DNA from: a virus
DNA length: 64,000 nucleotides
Virus record (IMG/VR): IMGVR_UViG_3300035698_014446
Span: 1 to 64,000 of that record
Strand: one strand, 5' to 3'
The notes beneath the pieces are model-generated. The model had not been told where the DNA came from and did no database searches. It saw only the letters and a program-made list of their open reading frames with translations. This document shows positions 18,547-28,737 of this stretch, one piece after another; the first letter of the stretch is position 1; every line of letters begins with the position of its first letter. The translations under genes were made by a program, and so were the position numbers.

Positions 18547-21546
18547 CTAACTCCGTCTTATACTATGATTATCTCTACTTGCGCTTTGAACGAGACTGGT
18601 TATTTCTTTTTTCAGCGGTTTAAGTGCTTTAAACACCGACCTACTATCCATAGCCGTTATGTTAACTTGTACCGTTGTTCCACCTTCACCTCTGGGATTA
18701 CCAGCCCTTTGTCCTCGGCGTAACACCCGTTCACCACTTTCAAGAACAGCCGGAAATTCATCTGGGTGTAACGGTTTTTGACCTCTTCCGGACCCAGCCA
18801 TACCACCACTATGCATTTTTGATTCACCGCCGGGGTCAAAACCTCTGCTACCAACGTTCCCACCACCACCCCCACCAAATAACGAGGCCAACGCTCCGAC
18901 CCAACCGGTTCCAGCACTACCACCTCTACCGGAAGTACTACCACCGAATGCTTGTATTGCTACTTGTTGAGCAGCCATATTAATTAGTGCATTCTCAATC
19001 GTTCTTATGGCAGATGTCCATACATCTCTCCAATTACGTACGTCTTTTGTCATATCACCTAACGCTGTGGCAAATGCGTTCCTAATTATTGTGGCTGACT
19101 CACCACCCACTGTCCCAAGAGATTTTGTTTCTATTGCATGCTGAGCCATTTGTGCCTTAAATCCTTCCTTAAGAGACTGACCCCTTAACGCTTTTTCTAA
19201 CTCAAATTGCTCTATTTGTGATATTTTATGTGCTGCCTGAATTATTTGGAAATTCCGAATTTGTTCCTCTTTTAACGCACCACTATAAATTTCTCTTTGT
19301 TTGAAATCTTTTAATTGTTGCTTTTGCTCTATCTCCAACAGATTCATTTTCACACTAAACAATTCCTCGGCGTAACCCTGCATACCTGAGTACATGGTTC
19401 TTGCATCCTCAAGTGATTCTTCAAACCATATAGCACTGGCATCTTTTGTCTTTGCTAAATTATCCAACCCTTGTTGATACGCTTTTTCGTCCGCCTCTAT
19501 CAAGGCTTGAATTGTAGCTTTTGATCGTCTTATCTTTTCTTGTTCAAACGCAACTATATCCTTCATTGCTCGTCTTTTATCTATTCCCTGTTCACGTACT
19601 CCTGCCACACCGAATGAACCAAAACCACCGGGTTGTACAGGTTTACTTACTTCTGTCATAGGTACTGTTAAATTACGTCTTTTCAATTGACGCCTTAAAA
19701 AATCTTCTTTAACAGTGCCTGGGCTCTCCATCAATTGGTGCATAATACCAAGTGTTTCATTCAACTTCCTAATCTTTTCCTGCATTGCTATTGTGTGTTC
19801 TTGGATTCTTCTTAATTTTTGGGTAGGTTCTAATCTACCATAAGAATCATACCAGTCTTTATTAGCTTTGGTTGCTTGTTTTAAATACTCAGTATTCCTA
19901 CTTATTTCACTACCTAATAATCGATGTTCTTCTCTAACTTGTCCTGCTTTAAACGCAATAAGTACAAATAATGCTACTAAAGCTGTAATAATTACTAACA
20001 AAGGAGCTATCGTAAGAATTAATGCCCCCAAGGTCGTATCTAACCCCATTGCCACAAGTGATAAACTTGCAAGAGTAGTTAAACCAGCACCCGTCATAGT
20101 AAGCAATCCACCCATAGCTAATCCAGTACCCACTACTGTTCCAGCAAGAGTATCATTTGCCTCCGCTGCTTTCTTAAGAGAAGTAGTAAGTCTTTGCACC
20201 CAACCCACAATTAATCTTAGTGTTGGGGCGAATTTGGCAGCCATAAACCTCGATAAATCAGCTACTCCCATTTTCATTTTACCGACTTCTTCACTAAAGG
20301 CAGCTAATTGTTTTTCAGCTATTTCTTCGTGAGTATCCCCAACAAGTTCTAATTCTCTAACCATTCTACGTAATGCTGGTGCACCAGCAGCAAATAACTC
20401 AATTTGACCAGCAATAGCCCTTGCACCAAATAACGTCTTAAATGCCATTTGTTTCTGACCTTCGGTAGCGTCCCTTAACGCTTCACTTATTTCACCGATT
20501 AACACAATATATGGTTTTATAGTTCCGGATTGAGTTTCTATTTCGATATTTAATTGACTGAATAATCTATTAATTTTCTCAGACGGAGCCGACAAATTTA
20601 ACATCGACCGTCTAAGGGTTGTACCTGCCCTCGTACCCTTAATACCAACATTAGCCATTAACTGAATCATGGCTGCTGTTTGCTCAAGAGTATTATTCGT
20701 TGTCCGGGCAACACCAGCTACAAGGGATAAGGTTTCACCTAACTGTAAAAAGTTCATGTTTGATGATATAACAGATTTAGCCAATACCGCCGCTACATGT
20801 GCTGTTTCTGTGAAAGGTATTTTAAATCCTTTCATTGTGTCAACCATGATTTCTGCAGCTTGACCTGCATCGATTACTGCAGCTTTAGCCAGTGTTACCA
20901 CCGGGATAAACGCCTTCATTTGGTCCTCAGCGGATAAACCAGCAGAACCGAGAAAGTAGAATGCATCGGCTGTATTGGTAGCGGCTACATTTAATTTTAT
21001 AGACGCATTCTCAGCCATTTTTGACATTTGTGTGTATTGGCTGAGATTAAACGTTGTTACAGCAGTAGCCTTCCTCATTGATCTGTCAAATTGAGAAAAT
21101 TCATCAAGCATCTTCTTGAAGGTAACAGAAATTATTGCACCGAGTATAGTAACCTGTACTCCAAGCATCCGGAATGCAGAGGACATGCGCCCTATTCTAT
21201 CTCTTGCCATCTTTGATTGGGTGGCTATTGCACGTGCCATTTTTTGGTTTGCAACCGCTTCCTTCTTTTTGTCGGCCTGCATACTACGGTTATTTTGTAT
21301 TAACTGCTTGTTGGCATCAATTTTTGCCTTAATACCACGTACAGTAGCCTGCTCCTCCATTTTTGCTTCACGTAGATTAGCCTTTGTTCTATTCTTCATA
21401 CCCGCAATGGAGATTCTGGTCATTGCATCTGTGGTTTTTTGTACCTGCTGTTTTGCTTTTACTAAATCTCTTTTTAACGTGGCTTCTTTAACGCGTAATT
21501 CTATAGAAGCTACTAATAGTGGGTCGTTGCTTGAAAATTCCGCCAT
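18547..21546 (-). CDS. Tape measure protein (TP901 family)
   Basis: 999 aa helical; GIKGTRAGTTLR, LFGARA; C-terminal HSGG..LHPDEFPAVLESGERVL. Confidence 0.95.
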   Translation of the reverse strand: MAEFSSNDPLLVASIELRVKEATLKRDLVKAKQQVQKTTDAMTRISIAGMKNRTKANLREAKMEEQATVRGIKAKIDANKQLIQNNRSMQADKKKEAVANQKMARAIATQSKMARDRIGRMSSAFRMLGVQVTILGAIISVTFKKMLDEFSQFDRSMRKATAVTTFNLSQYTQMSKMAENASIKLNVAATNTADAFYFLGSAGLSAEDQMKAFIPVVTLAKAAVIDAGQAAEIMVDTMKGFKIPFTETAHVAAVLAKSVISSNMNFLQLGETLSLVAGVARTTNNTLEQTAAMIQLMANVGIKGTRAGTTLRRSMLNLSAPSEKINRLFSQLNIEIETQSGTIKPYIVLIGEISEALRDATEGQKQMAFKTLFGARAIAGQIELFAAGAPALRRMVRELELVGDTHEEIAEKQLAAFSEEVGKMKMGVADLSRFMAAKFAPTLRLIVGWVQRLTTSLKKAAEANDTLAGTVVGTGLAMGGLLTMTGAGLTTLASLSLVAMGLDTTLGALILTIAPLLVIITALVALFVLIAFKAGQVREEHRLLGSEISRNTEYLKQATKANKDWYDSYGRLEPTQKLRRIQEHTIAMQEKIRKLNETLGIMHQLMESPGTVKEDFLRRQLKRRNLTVPMTEVSKPVQPGGFGSFGVAGVREQGIDKRRAMKDIVAFEQEKIRRSKATIQALIEADEKAYQQGLDNLAKTKDASAIWFEESLEDARTMYSGMQGYAEELFSVKMNLLEIEQKQQLKDFKQREIYSGALKEEQIRNFQIIQAAHKISQIEQFELEKALRGQSLKEGFKAQMAQHAIETKSLGTVGGESATIIRNAFATALGDMTKDVRNWRDVWTSAIRTIENALINMAAQQVAIQAFGGSTSGRGGSAGTGWVGALASLFGGGGGGNVGSRGFDPGGESKMHSGGMAGSGRGQKPLHPDEFPAVLESGERVLRRGQRAGNPRGEGGTTVQVNITAMDSRSVFKALKPLKKEITSLVQSASRDNHSIRRS

Positions 21547-21548
21547 TT

Positions 21549-21877
21549 TTACCCATCTTCTTTCTTGTCCTTTTCAATCTGAATATCAAGAGATATTCCA
21601 AAACATACGATCAAAGCATCAAATGCTATTCGTTTGCATTCCACATCATACAAATCGAGTAAATTAATGATTGCCACTAAATCTGGCGCACCATTCTCTC
21701 TTATCTGTCCTCTCAGAATGCTGTATAACTTTATTGTCTCTTCGTTCTCTGGCAGTAATTCAACAAAACAGGTTTCACACGGTGCTTGTCCACCGCGTGA
21801 ACCGTCGTGCGTCTCTAAACATCTTTCGCACTTGGGCTTTGTTTCTTGCCATCGGACGAACTCTCTAAGTTTTTTAC
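21549..21877 (-). CDS. Tail assembly chaperone -1 frameshift extension (gpGT-like)
   Basis: Slippery A AAA AAC at 21875-21869; -1 frame open (KLREFVRWQETKPKCERC..CETC..) to TAA 21551-21549, directly before the TMP ATG. Confidence 0.8.
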
Positions 21878-22252
21878 TTTAGCTTTTTCGATCGTTTCGT
21901 TCGTTTCGGACAACGACAAAACTCCATCAACGACGAATCGGGCAAAATCAGTAATTTCCATCATGGACATCTTGTTCTCGATGTTGCATGATACACTTTT
22001 ACCATCACGACTAATATTTTTCCAGTCGACAATCCACGCGTCGTATGTGAGACGATTCTTCATCTTCTCGTCGACGGTCCTTGTTTCCATCATCATACCG
22101 CGCACTGGTTTTTGTTTCTTCTTGACCGTCAACCTCTCGATTCTCTCTTCCTCAACCGGTGATAACAACCGTATCTGTATACCACCTAAACTCTCATTAT
22201 CCATATCAAAAAAGAACCAAGTTCCTTGTTTTTTACTACTAAAATCAGCCAT
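21815..22252 (-). CDS. Tail assembly chaperone (gpG-like)
   Basis: Between tail tube and TMP; IVDWKN motif. Confidence 0.85.
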   Translation of the reverse strand: MADFSSKKQGTWFFFDMDNESLGGIQIRLLSPVEEERIERLTVKKKQKPVRGMMMETRTVDEKMKNRLTYDAWIVDWKNISRDGKSVSCNIENKMSMMEITDFARFVVDGVLSLSETNETIEKAKVKNLESSSDGKKQSPSAKDV

Positions 22253-22278
22253 CTTGTCTCCAATATCTTCTCTCAGTT

Positions 22279-22315
22279 AAAAATTTAGGGTGACCCAACA
22301 TAGGGCCACCCCAAA
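22279..22315 (-). terminator. Intrinsic terminator after tail tube gene
   Basis: TTTGGGGTGGCCC/GGGTCACCCTAAA stem followed by a T-run. Confidence 0.65.
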
Positions 22316-22324
22316 GGTTACGGG

Positions 22325-23101
22325 TTAAGTAGAATGGAACGCATCACTTATGATCGCTCCAACACCGACCTTCGTTCCGTCATCGACTCCAGTAGCCACC
22401 GCCTGATAATAAAGCACGGCTTTGGCTGCTGTCAGATCAGATTGCCAGATACCGACAACACCTAGATCACTGATGTTTCTTGTCTCAGTTTCACTGTTGA
22501 GTACATTCTTGTCAGTACCATATCTGAATTTGAAGCTGACATCGGAATTATCACTCGCACTACCCATCGAGGTCAAATCACCGATAAACATCGCATCAGA
22601 CAATCTTGGGTCTTCGACTCTGCCAAGGGTTTTGATAGTAATGTTGGCGGCAGCATTGATCAAAGTCAATCTACCTGTCACCTTGGCGGTAAATTCCATA
22701 GTACCTACTCCCGCTGTGTCGAACGTAGCGGTACTCGGAGCCTTAGTGATTGTAACATAACTTCCCACGACAGTAGCGGTAGCAAACAAAGATGAGTCAG
22801 GGATGTAGTAGCTTGTTTGGTCTACGTACAATCTGAAATCTCTCAGTTCAGTACCGTTTTGGAACGCAGTATCGATAGCGTCACGCCCGGCAGCATCTGC
22901 CAGCCTGAAATCACCAGAAACAGTGATCTCACCGCCCGCAATCATCAGTGGAGTATCAATCTTATAACCGGTTGTGTCAAAGTGAGTTGACTCGTGAATG
23001 TCACGATTTTCACCGGTATAAGACCAAGTACCTGCACCGAGAACCTGATTGCCGCTGGAAATCTCTACTTTTGCGAGATAACCGGCTTTAACGTCACTCA
23101 T
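22325..23101 (-). CDS. Major tail (tube) protein with C-terminal extra domain
   Basis: Position, beta-rich composition, strong AGGAG RBS, downstream terminator. Confidence 0.75.
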   Translation of the reverse strand: MSDVKAGYLAKVEISSGNQVLGAGTWSYTGENRDIHESTHFDTTGYKIDTPLMIAGGEITVSGDFRLADAAGRDAIDTAFQNGTELRDFRLYVDQTSYYIPDSSLFATATVVGSYVTITKAPSTATFDTAGVGTMEFTAKVTGRLTLINAAANITIKTLGRVEDPRLSDAMFIGDLTSMGSASDNSDVSFKFRYGTDKNVLNSETETRNISDLGVVGIWQSDLTAAKAVLYYQAVATGVDDGTKVGVGAIISDAFHST

Positions 23102-23210
23102 AATCGATTCTCCTGCTTAAAACTAAATTGCCGTGATACCCTGCCGGTTTATCACATTGAACCTGTCGGTTTACGAATAGTAACGTCGTTGATGTCTCAA
23201 CGGTATAAGA

Positions 23211-23660
23211 TTATCGAACTTTAAATACCCAGTCTGTTTTATCACTTTTACTATCATTACATCTCCTACATGCGGGGAGGATATTTTCAATAAAGTTACT
23301 ACCACCATTATTTAATGCTATAACATGGTCCCTACTTATACCATTCGGGTTGTACTCAAATTGTGTATTTTCTTCTAATTTTACTCCACAGTGGGCACAA
23401 CACCCGTCAAATTCCAGTACTTTGTCATTCCATTCGTCAACAGTAAATGAACCCTTAGCACCCCTTTTAAGCGATCTATATTTAGCAATTTTTACTTTAA
23501 ATTTTTCAGGATTATTTTTATAATAATTTTTGTTTCTTGTTTTTATTTTTTCAGGATTATCACTACGGTATTTTTTACTATACGTGTTAATTTTATCCTT
23601 ATTTTTGTTGCGCCACTTTTTATTGTACACTCTATACTTTTTAAGTTTTGCGCTGTCCAT
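23211..23660 (-). CDS. HNH endonuclease (subtype B)
   Basis: CAHCG..YNPNGISRDHVI..NILPACRRCN. Confidence 0.9.
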   Translation of the reverse strand: MDSAKLKKYRVYNKKWRNKNKDKINTYSKKYRSDNPEKIKTRNKNYYKNNPEKFKVKIAKYRSLKRGAKGSFTVDEWNDKVLEFDGCCAHCGVKLEENTQFEYNPNGISRDHVIALNNGGSNFIENILPACRRCNDSKSDKTDWVFKVR

Positions 23661-23661
23661 G

Positions 23662-24063
23662 CTACCTTACCGACACATTCTTTTCGATTAATATCATATA
23701 AGATACGGTGTATTGCCATACATCCTTTACCTTAGACTTTATAGCACCTACTCTCTTTAATGATACGCTTGTGTAATCTGTCATAATAAGAACTTTATAA
23801 TCAAATGCATTTTTTAATGCACTAAACATTCTGTTTAGCTCCGAAGGAGATTTCTTCTTGCTGAATAATTTTATTTGGAGAAGAATACTCTCTCCGTCTT
23901 CGGTAAACGTATTTCTTGGCACATCACTTATTAATTGAAAAACACCGAATGGCATAACTGCGCTTTCTTCTGCTTCGGTGTTATGAAATCCGCCGGTTAA
24001 TTGAAGCTTTAAAGCTGCATTATTATTATACTGACTCCATACGCCTTCTTCAAATTCGGTCAT
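23662..24063 (-). CDS. Tail terminator / completion protein
   Basis: Synteny; PFGVFQLISD, LQIKLFS. Confidence 0.7.
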   Translation of the reverse strand: MTEFEEGVWSQYNNNAALKLQLTGGFHNTEAEESAVMPFGVFQLISDVPRNTFTEDGESILLQIKLFSKKKSPSELNRMFSALKNAFDYKVLIMTDYTSVSLKRVGAIKSKVKDVWQYTVSYMILIEKNVSVR

Positions 24064-24368
24064 GATGAGAAAATCCTTTCTATGTCGTCCAGACTACTAT
24101 GAAGGGCAGGACGTAAATATGGTTGTGCTGGGCCTGTCCCTTCGCCAGTCTCTACATACCACGCGTATGATAATGGCCCACTTGAAGCCGGTGTTTTTCT
24201 TAGCGCATCGGCTACTACTCTGGCTATCAGTTTGTCTTCGTCTATTTCAACATGTATACTCTTCTTTAATTCACCAGTGTCTACGGGCACATTGACTCTA
24301 GCCCTACTGGCTACAAGTTCAGCTGCTTCTTTAAGTCTTTCTAAAGCTACTCTTCTTACTCTACCCAT
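24060..24368 (-). CDS. HK97 gp10-like neck protein
   Basis: VPVDTGELKKSI, YAWYVETG, AQPYLRPAL. Confidence 0.9.
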   Translation of the reverse strand: MGRVRRVALERLKEAAELVASRARVNVPVDTGELKKSIHVEIDEDKLIARVVADALRKTPASSGPLSYAWYVETGEGTGPAQPYLRPALHSSLDDIERIFSS

Positions 24369-24403
24369 AAATCGAACTGTATGATCGGCTACAATTGTGA
24401 TAA

Positions 24404-24745
24404 TTAATCCTCGATATACAAATCTATGTGCATTTGTCTTTTGTGACCAGTACTTAAATCTCTGCGCTGATCGACATTCTCAATTTCGTACTCCACCCGT
24501 GTTGTGTCTCCATATTGACGTATTTGTAACATGTCTGATATAGTTACATCTATATCACTACAGTACAGTTTATGAGTAGTACGTTTATTCTTTTGGGCAA
24601 AGATTACTATTTCTTCACCAGATAATTGTCTTAAATAACCACTAACTCCCGAACGACCGACGACAAGCGTTTCAGAATAACCACCCATGCCGTCAGACAC
24701 ATTACTACTTTTTAAAACACTAAATGTATCACGAAGTCTCATCAA
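24404..24745 (-). CDS. Head closure / head-tail adaptor
   Basis: SDGMGG motif, THKLYC, synteny. Confidence 0.75.
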   Translation of the reverse strand: MMRLRDTFSVLKSSNVSDGMGGYSETLVVGRSGVSGYLRQLSGEEIVIFAQKNKRTTHKLYCSDIDVTISDMLQIRQYGDTTRVEYEIENVDQRRDLSTGHKRQMHIDLYIED

Positions 24746-24747
24746 TT

Positions 24748-24880
24748 ATGCCTTTCTTAACCAATTGAGTTTATTACTTTTTTCGGTATTGCACTTACTA
24801 CAACATGGCACTATATTTTTTCTCTTTTAGCACTAATTATGTTTACTGTTTCTTAAATTTTTGCGTTAATTTTACTCATT
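24748..24880 (-). pseudogene. HNH endonuclease remnant (internal deletion)
   Basis: Retains C-terminal NIVPCCSKCNTEKSNKLNWLRKA* only. Confidence 0.75.
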
Positions 24881-24888
24881 ATTATTTA

Positions 24889-25068
24889 TTACCTTCTCGA
24901 ACGGCCACCACGAGTCTGTGATGCGCGAATAGCCCTACCCTGTGTTTCCGCCTTATTTCTTGCCCGATTTCTACTCGATGCATTACCAGCAGTATAGGTA
25001 TAACATTTACCACTACTACCCCACTTAAGTCCGGGTTTATTATTTAATCTACACGATTGTACCGGCAT
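24889..25068 (-). CDS. Small basic phage protein (MPVQSC..GLKWGSSGKCY)
   Basis: 59 aa, manual translation; KWGxxGKxY motif seen in phage head modules. Confidence 0.65.
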   Translation of the reverse strand: MPVQSCRLNNKPGLKWGSSGKCYTYTAGNASSRNRARNKAETQGRAIRASQTRGGRSRR

Positions 25069-25069
25069 T

Positions 25070-25225
25070 TTAGTTATCCTTCAATACGAGCGTTTGTATG
25101 TTTTGCCTTTTGACAATTACTGCCAATGCGGCTTTATGTAGAACTTTGTTCTTTTTTACTTCTTTTGCTTCTAACAACGTGTCAGCCGCCCGTTCTGCTT
25201 CGAATTGTTTTTCAGTCTTCGCCAT
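25070..25225 (-). CDS. Small hypothetical protein (MAKTEKQFEAERAADTLLEA...)
   Basis: 51 aa, RBS, tight packing. Confidence 0.55.
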   Translation of the reverse strand: MAKTEKQFEAERAADTLLEAKEVKKNKVLHKAALAVIVKRQNIQTLVLKDN

Positions 25226-25229
25226 AATA

Positions 25230-25919
25230 CTATCCTCTTCTTTCTTTTAACCATTCATCAAACTCTATGCCTTTTTTATTGCTTTTCTTAGTATTACAAT
25301 CACGACAACAAGGTACTAAATTTTCTATTTCGTGTTTACCACCTTTGGTTACTGGAATAACATGGTCTTCACTTATACCATTAGGATTATAAATATTAGA
25401 TATATTTTCTTCAAGTACTACATTACAATAGGCACATTTTCCGTCGTATTCTTTTATTTTGTTAGCCCATTCTATAGATGTTATAGCAGTACCATTGACC
25501 AATTTTAACACTCTACGATTTCTATTATTAGCAGCTACCATATCTTTATTTTTATCACGGTACTTTTTAGTACGTTTATTTATCTTTTCTTTGTTGTTTT
25601 TGTGATATTTTTGTTTTTGTATGCTTATAACTTTTTTGTTTTTTATACTATATTTATGATTATATTTTTTCTTCGCTTCTTTATTTTCATCACGATATTT
25701 TTGACAATTTCTTGTTATTGCCTTTTTGTTCTTCTTATAATAATTTCTAATATAGACTTCACATTCTTTTTTGTGATTATCACGGTATTTTTTCCGGTAA
25801 TCACTACGACAAATTTTACATTGAGTATCTAACCCATTACCATGTTTATAAAAATACTCAAGTGTTGCATGGAGTTCATCACCACACTTAGTACATATTC
25901 TTTCTTCTACTTTAATCAT
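25230..25919 (-). CDS. HNH endonuclease (subtype B)
   Basis: CTKCGDE..EYF..CKIC; CAYC..YNPNGISEDHVIP..NLVPCCRDCN. Confidence 0.92.
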   Translation of the reverse strand: MIKVEERICTKCGDELHATLEYFYKHGNGLDTQCKICRSDYRKKYRDNHKKECEVYIRNYYKKNKKAITRNCQKYRDENKEAKKKYNHKYSIKNKKVISIQKQKYHKNNKEKINKRTKKYRDKNKDMVAANNRNRRVLKLVNGTAITSIEWANKIKEYDGKCAYCNVVLEENISNIYNPNGISEDHVIPVTKGGKHEIENLVPCCRDCNTKKSNKKGIEFDEWLKERRG

Positions 25920-25924
25920 ATTTA

Positions 25925-26302
25925 TTACCCGTTTGGGATACCTAAGTTCGTGTTGATAGACTCCAAATTGAAGAATTGTGCCCGCTTGGCCGACGTTTCA
26001 TCGGACTTAAGGGAATCAAGACCAGCAAATATGTCGTCGAGATTAATGCCCCTGAACTCCTTCTCATCGTCGCCTACTTCTTCTCTCCACAGAACACCGG
26101 GATTGTCCATAAGTTGCTTAATGAGGATAACAGCCGGTCGTTTGAGAGAGACAGGGTAAGCAGACGAAGCCCATGTGGAGTTATCAAAGTACGCGTCTAT
26201 TGTACCTTGAATGATGGGTATCGCGTCAGAAATAAATGAATACTTATCGTCAATTTGTAACAACGTTTGTACTTCCGATGGTGAAATTACGACTGCTGGC
26301 AT
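25925..26302 (-). CDS. Putative head-tail connector
   Basis: Size, helical character and position between head and neck genes. Confidence 0.55.
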   Translation of the reverse strand: MPAVVISPSEVQTLLQIDDKYSFISDAIPIIQGTIDAYFDNSTWASSAYPVSLKRPAVILIKQLMDNPGVLWREEVGDDEKEFRGINLDDIFAGLDSLKSDETSAKRAQFFNLESINTNLGIPNG

Positions 26303-26321
26303 AAAATGTCTCCTTTATTTA

Positions 26322-26894
26322 TTATTCTATTTTTAGCCAATTAGATTTATCACTTTTTCTGGTATTACAATAACTACAACACGGTACTATATTTTTTATT
26401 TCATGCTTACCACCTTTATTTAAAGGGATAATATGGTCTTCGGTAATTCTGTTCGGATTGTAAATATTAGCTACATTTTCTTCTAACTTCACATCACAAT
26501 AAGCACAACACCCATCATACTCTAATATTTTATTAGCTCATTCTTTAGCGGTTATGCCTTTACTGTTCACAAGTTTTAACAAACGGCGATTTTTGTACCT
26601 GTATACTAATTTTTTTTTTTTATTCTTTTTATATTTTTCTTTTCTTAAAAAATTAATTCTTTCTTTGTTTCTTCCATTTTCCCATTTTTTCACTTTTTCA
26701 GGATTATTTTTATGATATTCTTTTGATTTTACAGTTAATTTTTCTTTATTGGTTTTAGAATATTTCCTATGTGCTTCATTACGACAAATTTTACACCATG
26801 ATGATAATTTATCATTACGTTTATGAAAATATTCAAGTGTTGACGGAAATTCATCACCACACTGAGTACAAATTTTTGTTTCAATTTTGTTCAT
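26322..26894 (-). pseudogene. HNH endonuclease with nonsense mutation
   Basis: TGA at 26540-26538 where paralogs have Trp (EWA); frame continues CAYC..EDHIIP..NIVPCCSYCN..WLKIE*. Confidence 0.88.
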
Positions 26895-26902
26895 TGTAGT
26901 CT

Positions 26903-27865
26903 TTATACGTTTTTCTTGGCGTGATTATACAAAGCCTTTGAAAAATGTACATTGGTGAAATTATTTAATATTAATTCTCTACCAGCATCGGCTATAGGCT
27001 GGTATTCTTCCACGTTTTCCACAAAATGTGACATGTACCCATCAAAATTTCTCTCGTTTACTTCTATATAATTTCTTTTTGGAATAAATCCCATTAAATA
27101 GTAATCTACATGACGTTGTGCAAAACACACACAACCAGCCATAGGTATTTCAAGATATTTAGGTACTACGTACCAGTCGGTAAGGGCAAGCCCTGCCTGC
27201 CACTTAGATAAAAATTCAAGAAACATATTCCCACACGGAACTCTATCATCGTTCAGGAAATGCTTCACGTAATCAACATGATCTCTACGGTAGGCCCAAT
27301 TTCTAAACTTGTACGGCCTAAACCCCTCTATGCCTCTCCATAAGTGTCCACTACCAAGTATTCCTTGTTTACGTTTTACCAAAGGAACATGATCAAATTC
27401 CTGAACTTTTGGTGCAACCGGGAACCAAAAATGCATGTGGTCCCCGTTGATTCCTAAGTGCGGACGGAGAAACTTTTCAAATCCCTCAGTATAAGGACAG
27501 ATAATAAAGTCTACACCGCGCTGTATAGCGCGTTCACACCTATTTTTTGCCCCAAGTTTACTAAATGCTGTTCCGTCCCTGTACGTTCCCTTCATATCTT
27601 CTTGGTGAGGATCGTTGAAGTATGAGTATTTGGTTGCTTTATGTTCTGAAAGGTTAGGGAACTCTGCGTGATACAGACTGTGAATATCATATATAACTAT
27701 TACATCCACATCATCATCAATATCACACCCCTCGGCCACAATCTGTATAGAATCCCAATCCGGGGATTCAAGTAGTGCATCAAGCATGTGCTTGTATGTT
27801 TGTGAGTAACTATTACCACTTAGTTTGTGATCATTCGGATTGTATATGACTGCTAATTTCATCAC
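26903..27865 (-). CDS. Glycosyltransferase (GT-B, YkvP/CgeB-like)
   Basis: VPKYLEIPMAGC, IADAGRELILNNFT. Confidence 0.75.
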   Translation of the reverse strand: MMKLAVIYNPNDHKLSGNSYSQTYKHMLDALLESPDWDSIQIVAEGCDIDDDVDVIVIYDIHSLYHAEFPNLSEHKATKYSYFNDPHQEDMKGTYRDGTAFSKLGAKNRCERAIQRGVDFIICPYTEGFEKFLRPHLGINGDHMHFWFPVAPKVQEFDHVPLVKRKQGILGSGHLWRGIEGFRPYKFRNWAYRRDHVDYVKHFLNDDRVPCGNMFLEFLSKWQAGLALTDWYVVPKYLEIPMAGCVCFAQRHVDYYLMGFIPKRNYIEVNERNFDGYMSHFVENVEEYQPIADAGRELILNNFTNVHFSKALYNHAKKNV

Positions 27866-28073
27866 GCAATCTTCCTAAATATCTTCGGTTCAGGCCAGTC
27901 CAACTAACATTAGACCTATTTCTATACTTAATACTTTGTAAATGTCGTTTTTCTTTAGTTTTAAACTTTTGTCTATACCTGTCACGACGTATTTTCGCTT
28001 TTGCCTTACCCTCTGGGGTACTATAAAGCTTTTTTGCGTTTTCTGCTTTTTTCTTTTTATCTAAATATGGCAT
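27831..28073 (-). pseudogene. Probable N-terminal fragment of an HNH gene
   Basis: Basic helical segment ending in a TGL motif like the subtype A linker; no nuclease domain. Confidence 0.4.
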
Positions 28074-28074
28074 A

Positions 28075-28737
28075 CTAATTAATCTCTTTTAGCATGAAGC
28101 CAATACTTGGGCCATAGCCTTTATAACGATCACTGCAATATTTATCGTGTTTTTTAAAAGGACTACCGTCATTTTCCACATCGAGATAACCAAAATCTTT
28201 AACAAAATCATCATCATCCGTAATGAATTTGTTTACCTTAAGACCATCGAATACCGTCCTGTCTTGTTTTATTTTACCGTATAAACTCCTAAATAGATCA
28301 TGTATTCCAACGACCTTTACGTTGTCATTCTTAAAGCATTTACCAGCTAACGATACTGCAGGAACTCCCTTAGGACCGTCAATCAGTACCGCTATTCGCT
28401 TATCGGAAAATACATCTATTATCTGGGATAATAGTGTATGCGCATCACCATTTATTATGGTTATGTTATGAAAAATGGATGTTCTTACTATAGCTTCCAT
28501 TTTCGTTTTCAAATCCATACTTATTAACGGTATCTTAGTAAAGTACTTACCAAGTATGGTGGTGGAACCACCATTACATATACCGGATTCGACAATAAGT
28601 TCAACATCATAATAGTCTGCCAATGCACAAAAGGCAAACCCCTCACTGTTAAGTATACCTTTCGATAACTTAACGTTAGGCATAACTCTCAAGTTAAACC
28701 TCTGTATTCTTTCGTTCATTATGTCCATTACATTCAT
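28075..28737 (-). CDS. Class I SAM methyltransferase-like protein
   Basis: IVESGICNGGST, GD, VLIDGPKG, IHD. Confidence 0.65.
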   Translation of the reverse strand: MNVMDIMNERIQRFNLRVMPNVKLSKGILNSEGFAFCALADYYDVELIVESGICNGGSTTILGKYFTKIPLISMDLKTKMEAIVRTSIFHNITIINGDAHTLLSQIIDVFSDKRIAVLIDGPKGVPAVSLAGKCFKNDNVKVVGIHDLFRSLYGKIKQDRTVFDGLKVNKFITDDDDFVKDFGYLDVENDGSPFKKHDKYCSDRYKGYGPSIGFMLKEIN

